Positions 56,130-64,000 of a DNA stretch of 64,000 bases are shown here, in pieces. The stretch comes from Octopus sinensis (Eukaryota), in NCBI RefSeq assembly GCF_006345805.1, contig NC_043012.1:51088001-51152000 (forward strand), written 5' to 3'. Position 1 is the first letter of the stretch, and each line of letters begins with the position of its first letter. A model generated the notes under the pieces. That model saw only the letters and a program-made list of their open reading frames with translations, did not search any database and was not told the origin of the DNA. The position numbers were made by a program, and so were the translations under genes.

Positions 56130-56478
56130 TAGGAGAGGCTGTGAGGTAAGAAGACTCCTTCACAATCACATGGTGGGTAGGACATTCCTCTCACGATCTT
56201 AAGTTTGGCAGTTCAATTCCCGGCGACGCGTTCTGTCCTTGAGCAAGACACTTTATTTAACGTTGCTCCTGTCTACTCACCTGGCAAAAAAGAGCAGTAC
56301 CTGTATTTCAAAGGATCGACCTCGTCACACTCTGTGTCACAGAGAATCTCCCTGAGAACTACGTTAAGTGTACACTTATCTGCAGATTGCTCGGCCACTT
56401 GCAAGTTGATTTCACGAGCAAGCTGTTCTGTTGATCGTATCAGCTGGAACCCTCGTCGTCGTAACCGACGGAATGCTC
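56130..56478 (+). mobile_element. SINE family D (gtccttgagcaagacacttt block), preceded by a family-A-like head remnant
   Basis: gttcaattccggcgacgcgttctgtccttgagcaagacactttatttaacgttgctcc...ctggaaccctcgtcgtcgtaaccgacgga; the tail recurs inverted at 63716-63765. Confidence 0.8.
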
Positions 56479-57287
56479 CTCCTTATATATATATATATAC
56501 ACCCATTTATATATTGTCAGTAAGATTACATAGCGTGTTGTAAATTTTCTATTTTACGTAATACATTTAATTCTTCGAATATATTGATTACTTTTATGAA
56601 ATTATGAGACATATAAGCATTAGCGCGCTTAGAATGGATATTATTCCCAATGAATAAATCAATTTGGAGGCCTATTAAATTTGGAATTTTTTGGACATTT
56701 AACTCCAATGTTTACATCAATTGTTGTGTAGCATGTTCTTTTTTATGCGGAAGATACTTAATTTTATAGTAATTTTTATTATTTCGATACATTATCTCTG
56801 ATGCTAAAGCATTGTGAGGTGAACTGCACGGCTTTTAATAATAGGAGATTATTTATGGAACCATAGTAGAATATAGCATAGAATTAGGTGAGTTTTTTAT
56901 GTTTTATTTTCAATAATTTTTTATCAATAGTTTCTAAACCTATATATTTCCGATGTAATGTAATATTTTTGTCTCAAAGAATCTATCTATAATATACGTT
57001 GACTTGTTGGTTTTATCTATAATGTTTTCACTTATTCTTCTCGGTTCTGATCTAAATAGATTTACAAGTCTAGTGTTTAGGTTATTCAGAAAATTGAGTT
57101 TATTTTCGTTTATAGCATTATATGGTATTCTTTATGGCTAGATTTTTGCTATTCTCTTTTATATAAGAATTTATGACATTAGCCACGTGAATTCCAAAAT
57201 ATAAAGTAATATTCGTAATTTGGTTTAATTGTTAGTAATACTGTTTGTTAATATAGTATTAAAAGTTCTATAAACACAGACTCCTCC

Positions 57288-57318
<31 letters not shown>

Positions 57319-57335
57319 CATGTATGTATGTATAT

Positions 57336-57579
<244 letters not shown>

Positions 57580-58454
57580 TCATACATACACGCACATATA
57601 TATTTCAGTGTACTTTTGAATGTAGCGTAAAATTGTCTGGTATGTATTTATACATACGAGAGAATAAAAATGCCTATCTCTCTACATTGAGTGTACAATT
57701 CAGTCTCTGAAAAAGAAATAAGTTAAAACCATTGCTTTCACACCTATCCATCTATGGGCAAAAATAGGTATGGATCTGGTTAGTTACAAATTTATGAAAG
57801 AATTCATTGTTCCTTGCAGTCCAATATAAGTAAAGTGACATGAAGCACGCTGACACGAAATTTGAGTTTAATGAAACACGAATTAGTAACATTTAGAGTA
57901 ATTACAATTTATTCACAAAATGTCTGTTGCGCCTCACTACCATTTAGTCACGCTAGCGGTTTGTAATTTTATGTAGCATAAACCCAGCAACTAAGCTATG
58001 TTCACGCTTCTATATAAAATATACACTTTGTTGCAAAAACTAATTTTCTTTACACTGATGTTACTTTCAAAACAGTTGAAACTAGAAAAATCGAATAATA
58101 TTTTGATGAATGTATGACAAATATTTTGCTAAATTTTCACACCGATGGTCATTTGTGTGATTATTTAAATATAACAAATGAAGTTTATTCTGTTTCAAAT
58201 CGCTCAACATGATCGCTATATAGTGCATTAAATGTAGTTTAAATGTGATTTTGTGCATATGTGTGTGAGTTAATAAATATAGAAAATACGCGCAGGTAAA
58301 CAAGATATCTTATAACATGAAGAGGACACAAGTGAACTATATATAAATTTAAATAAGTAACGCAAGTAGTGAAAGAATGGAAAGATTAAAAGGAAAATAA
58401 AGAATAAGGAACAAAGATTTTGTAAGCCAAATGTAATGAAATATTAACTATGTA

Positions 58455-58460
58455 TATCTT

Positions 58461-58509
<49 letters not shown>

Positions 58510-58536
58510 GTATCTATGTATCTATCTATCTATCTA

Positions 58537-58574
<38 letters not shown>

Positions 58575-58736
58575 TGTCTACCTGACTGCCTGTATATATG
58601 TATGTTTGTATGTCTATCTATCTATCTATTTACCTATCTATTTATCTGTATTTCTGTTTCATTATCTATCCGTCTGTCCATCTATCAATCAATCAATCAA
58701 TCTATCTATCTATCTATCTATCGGTCTGCATGTATA

Positions 58737-58781
<45 letters not shown>

Positions 58782-58845
58782 TATATATATATATATATAA
58801 TATAAAATATATATATATTATATATATATATATATATATATTTGT
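58455..58845. repeat. Compound (TCTA)n/(TA)n/(TCAA)n microsatellite
   Basis: Read directly. Confidence 0.95.
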
Positions 58846-59394
58846 GTGCATGTGTATTGGTTTACGTATTTAGGTAGATGCTTGCGCATGTATATATATA
58901 TATGTGTGTGTGTGTGTTCTGTTAATTTTCTGTTTTTCAGTTTGATTTGTAATTGATTGCGTGTGATAATATATTTTCCAAAAGCCATCAATATATTTCG
59001 ACATCCGTATAATTGTTCTCAGCAAATATAATTATAATAATTAAGAAAATATTTGATTACTGAACGAACATATTCAATATCATATTTGTCCTTATAAACT
59101 GATTTTTCTTTCTCATATATTACTCGCCCTTAAGGGACACTCCGAGTTCTTGGTATTGTTAGTGGTCAACGTATATTTTAATTTATTGTCTTTAATAAGT
59201 TCATAAATTTACTTAACATGGCTAATATACTACACTTTTAATCTGTCTTTTCTGAATCGATTGTCGCAATGTATATTATGAAACCGTACAACATTTGTAA
59301 AATGAATTGCATTTTGATTATAGTAGTTAAGAATTTCGATACTATTAATCATATGATATATGAATATTTTGTATGCCTGCAATTTTGATCATGC

Positions 59395-60310
59395 TACGTG
59401 GCATTTCGTCCGTCTTCTTAGCTGAACACAGAGGTTGATGTTATCGACTAGCGCCAAATTCCCGTGTATTTCAGGGTTTGTTCTCTGAAAGGATCTGTAT
59501 AATCATTACACTGGTTATGCCAAATGGTGAGCTGGCACACAGGTCAAAATGTTTAGCGTTATTTTGTCCTTCTCTATGACCTTATTCCATATTCCCACAA
59601 GGTCGAATTTGCTATTCATACTTTCGGGTTCATGTAATAATAGCGCTTGAGTCGATGCAAACGACTACGTCCTCCCTTGCAATTTTTCGCTTTGCATCAA
59701 AATTTGACAGTATTAAAATGACTCCACTACGTGGTGTGCTAGCCAAATCACTAGAGCATTAGATGATATGTTTAATTATACTTATTTCTAGCGTCAAGGA
59801 TCTAAGTTCAAATCCTCCGAAGTTAACTTTGCCATTCATCTTTTTAGGGTGGAAAAATAAAGTACCCGTTACATACTAGTGACGATGTAATCAACTAGCT
59901 CATGTTACTAAAAGTGCTGGTCATATACCAGAATTTGAAGCAGTATACTGGTTAAGAAGCGCCTTTCGAATTTATTCCAACCATTCACATACTGATTTTA
60001 AAGGACTAGGTCGAATTTTAGTGTGATTCTGTTGTTTATTCTAGCATGCTGACCAACGCGCAAATAATTTTCAAAAGCTAATTTGCTTTCGTTTTCATTA
60101 GTTCCGAAATGTTTCAAATCAAATACATGAATAAGAAAATTTTCCTATCAGTCTTTGTGTTCTGAGTTTAAATTCCGACGAGTGCAACTTTGCCTTTCAT
60201 CTTTTCGGGGTCGATAAATTAAGTACTAGTTGCATACTGAGGTCGATCAAATCGACTGGCCCCTTCCCCCAATATTTCGGGCCTTGTACGTTGAGTAGAA
60301 ATGAATATTC
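59395..60310 (+). mobile_element. Cluster of three to four degenerate SINE family B copies
   Basis: Repeated variants of gagttcaaattcc..gtc.actttgc..ttcatc.tttcgggg at about 59590, 59810 and 60165. Confidence 0.7.
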
Positions 60311-60417
60311 TAGTGATATCCATTTTCGTTCAACTTTAATGTGATATATACATGCGTACATATATGCATACATATATACATACATGCATACGTACCTTCA
60401 TTCATAAAAAAACATAC

Positions 60418-60455
<38 letters not shown>

Positions 60456-60456
60456 G

Positions 60457-60604
60457 TTGAATACTGTCAACTTAATGTGACAGTCCCATGAAGGGAATCA
60501 CACTACCGCTATTTAGCACTAGGAAGCGTTGATGCTTCCTAGGGCTAAATAGCGGTGGGGTGATTCCCTTCATGGGAGTGTCACATTAAGTTGACAGTAT
60601 TCAA
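60457..60604. repeat. Palindrome, 71-bp arms, 6-nt loop (gttgat)
   Basis: ttgaatactgtcaac...ctaggaagc-gttgat-gcttcctag...gttgacagtattcaa; four mismatches. Confidence 0.95.
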
Positions 60605-60755
60605 GTACTCTATCGTACCACTACTGCTTATATCTCTCTGAGATATTTAGAAATGTAATAGTCCTATATATATAGGGTTCGCAAGAAAGAAATTTCGTTT
60701 TTCGCAAATAGTGTTCTGAAGTTTTTGAAAGACTTTTATCAACCCTATGATTTTT

Positions 60756-60807
<52 letters not shown>

Positions 60808-61467
60808 GTTTTCTCTCTTTCCTCTTCTCTTCCGTTTTTCTTTCTTCCACCACTTCTTTTTCTTTTTTCTCTTTCTACTTCTTTTTCTAACTCGCTAGAA
60901 CTAATTTGTACTTTTAGAAATACGTGTGCTTATATATGTACGTAAATACCTATATACACATTCGTATTTGTATATTTTTACCTGTATTTGTTTGTATATG
61001 TGTATAGGCATGTACCACCGTTTGTAAATTTACCGTATATATGTATATCTTTTTTGTATGTTTATGTTTAAGTAAATTTACATGTATGTTTATGATGTTA
61101 GTTCTTTGTAAGTGGATATTTTTTTAATTATAAAGAGGCATAAATTTAAATTTATTTTATCATTAATTAATTTCCCCTGGGTACACAGATTTTTATCCTA
61201 CTAGTAAAGCTAATTTTTGATTTAAAGTTTCCTTCGATTTTGATTTTAGATCGTGATATAACCGGTTATTTGAAAAAGTCGTCAGTGGAAAGGATCAATG
61301 AAATAAAACCACTATCAATTGTGCATCTATCAATGTATTGTGTATTTGTACATATAAAGTTATTTTTCAGTTCCATTCTCAAACAAAACTGTCCACCAAA
61401 AGGGAACGTGAAACTGTGAGCAACATTTTCTGCGATGTTTCTGCGGCTTTATTAATAAAGTATGTAA

Positions 61468-61501
<34 letters not shown>

Positions 61502-62982
61502 TATATATATATAATATATATATATATTACGAAGATTGAAAATATTTTGACAAATTAAATTTAAATATTGAAGTGAATCTAACGGTTTTTGTGTGTTTCT
61601 TAAATGACTTAAAAATACCTTCCACGCTGCAATTGAGTTATATATATATATATTATATATATATATATTATATATATATATATAATATATATATATATAA
61701 TATATATAAACTTTAAGGTAATCCAATTACGAAATTATTTACTTTTAAATGTCTAAAACAGTATCTTACCATGTAATGTGTGCGATAGTAGGTTTTGTTA
61801 GATCTACTGAGCCCCACCGCATTACAAATATAGTAGTTTATTGCCTTCGGTTCGTAATACAATGCATCTTGCACATTAACAGGATAAGAGCATATAGTGA
61901 TAGTTACACATTTGTTAACTGGTCACTTGCATTGTCGTTGATAATGTTATTTACATCCTATTTAAAATTGATAGCTCATATTTCCAACTGTGGCCTCAAA
62001 GTATTTGTGTTTACGAGTAATTACATTCTCAGATGTATATTTTTATTTTTCAAACCGTATTCGTAGCTTGTGTTTGTGTGGGTATTTTTATTGCGCGTGT
62101 GTGTGTGCATGGTATGAGAAATTTTGCCTGATATATTTTGTGGGTTGATTCACCAACTGCACTTTCTCTTGTTGGTTCGTTTAGTACAGTTTTTACTTGT
62201 TAAACAATATATTCAGTCATGTCTAGCTTAAGAAAGTGACATGTGAGCAGTCTACATTTACAAGTACAGCTCAGGGCTGTACTTAGCAGGAGCTCTCTAT
62301 AATAAAAACAGTTCTCTGTATTGAGTTGTTTAGAAGACAGGATACGTAATGGCCATTTCAATCGTATCATTATAGACCTAAGTAGTTTCGACAAGAACGA
62401 ACTGTACATTGCTAAGGCTTAACATTACTCAAGCAATCGTAGCCTCGATTACAGGTGTAGAACAGTATATTACATTGCACTAGAGGATATTCCTATTGAC
62501 ATTCATTTTATTACATCTCACGAACCAACCCATATTGTTTACAGCAAATACAATAAAATGCCTTAGTTTCAAACGTTCAATGAATATGTTTACATAGACC
62601 CCCCTCCCCGGAAGCGCATATATTCTCTTATGTCAATCGAAAAAGTTATGAACCTTCTGACACCTAGGTCATATATTCTCAAGCATCATTCATGCCAAGA
62701 AAGGAATGCCAAATACAACTTCATTGCTTTTCCGTTTGTTAGAATTGTTTGCTTTTTTCTTTCGCGTGTCATTTCGTTTACGTTACTTTTTGTTGTTTCT
62801 CTCATTATATATTCTAAAATAAATCGATTACATATTTATTAATCATTGATAATTTGGATAAGCAATCCAAACCAGATCAACTCTTGAGGTGAGCAATTAT
62901 GGTTAAAAATTAACATGTTTCCTCGCTCTATTTATTTTTACGAAATATTTCATTCCTTCATTCTTTCTCTCTCTCACACACA

Positions 62983-63025
<43 letters not shown>

Positions 63026-63573
63026 TTCTGGATATCTCTTTATGTTATTTATTCTTTCTAAATCCGTTTACATTTCTTAAATCTTTAGTTTGCTATCTCT
63101 CTTTAAATCCCACTTTGCTGTTTATCCAATAATCTTCTTTTCCAAATTTCTTTCTCTTTTCGTTTCTTTATTTCGCTTTGTCTTATTTATGTCTCTATAT
63201 GATTTGAAGACACATGAATGTTTTTTATATGCGTGTATGTACCCATGTCTAAAGATGTATTCATTTCGAAATTTTCAGTAAGAATCAGTATAAAGCGTTG
63301 TCAGAAACCTAGAAATAAATCAGAATTAAAATGAAACTGTAGCTCTTCTGCAGAGACTTTCGGTACCTAAATGCATTCAATAGTTCATGGTAAATGTTAT
63401 GTGCTTATGAACCAACCGTATACTTTGAATCCATCTTGCTAGCAAACTATGTGTTTTTGTGCGATTCGGTGTGTGCGTGCGTGCTTATTTGTATAGTGTG
63501 TGTAAGGATTTTGTGTTCATGTAATTTGTGAGTATGATTCTGTATGTATACATACACGCTATACGTTATATCT

Positions 63574-63604
<31 letters not shown>

Positions 63605-63675
63605 TATATATATAAGAATTTTTAACATAATGAGATAAAAAAACCAAGTGTTTAGACATTTATAGATAGAAGTTT

Positions 63676-63709
<34 letters not shown>

Positions 63710-63715
63710 ATACAT

Positions 63716-63765
63716 CGCACTCCGTCGGTTACGACGACGTGGGTTCCAGTAACTTATATCGTCTA
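63716..63765 (-). mobile_element. 3' tail fragment of SINE family D
   Basis: gcactccgtcggttacgacgacgtgggttccag is the reverse complement of the 56445-56475 tail. Confidence 0.75.
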
Positions 63766-64000
63766 ATTTTTGTTATTGTTGTTGCTATAATCTTTGTCGA
63801 CATTATTGCTTTTGCCCACATAACGGCCCGAATCAGTCAAGCCTGCGATGAAACGCACTCCTTATGCTATCATTCACTATCATCTTACACCCTCTCTCTC
63901 TCCCTCCCTCCATCTCTCTCTCTCTCTCTCTCTCAGTCATTCCCTTTATACTTTTCAGATATTCCATATCTTATATGATATGATATTATAGCAGGTTACA

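Noticed and set aside
60672-60748. TA-flanked gggtt...aaccc mini element
   Set aside because: Terminal match of only 5-8 bp is insufficient to call a MITE.

Overview
Very AT-rich, microsatellite-dense animal genomic DNA. The SINE families and repeat landscape look like an Octopus (coleoid cephalopod) genome; this is inferred from sequence style, not from a search. I found no recognisable host protein-coding exon, tRNA or rRNA gene, so the window reads as intergenic or intronic, and almost every ORF in the supplied track is a microsatellite translation or a transposon relic. Contents: about 15 tRNA-derived SINE copies of at least four families; decayed RTE, L1/Tx1 and R4/Dong-type LINE fragments; a Tc1/mariner transposase tail; a MITE-like fold-back; and a Penelope-like GIY-YIG endonuclease fragment. 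The most interesting signal is a set of short non-coding Penelope-like/retrozyme-like elements carrying type I hammerhead ribozyme cores: 20372-20430, the inverted pair 21735-21777/22052-22094, and the inverted pair 32346-32389/32445-32488. Each sits next to (AT)n tracts inside a fold-back or inverted duplication. Two further near-perfect palindromes occur at 54419-54670 and 60457-60604. A second repeat family (16505-16580 and 60465-60527) shows a covarying hairpin/pseudoknot fold that I could not assign to a known ribozyme class. Coordinates were counted by hand and may be off by a few bases.
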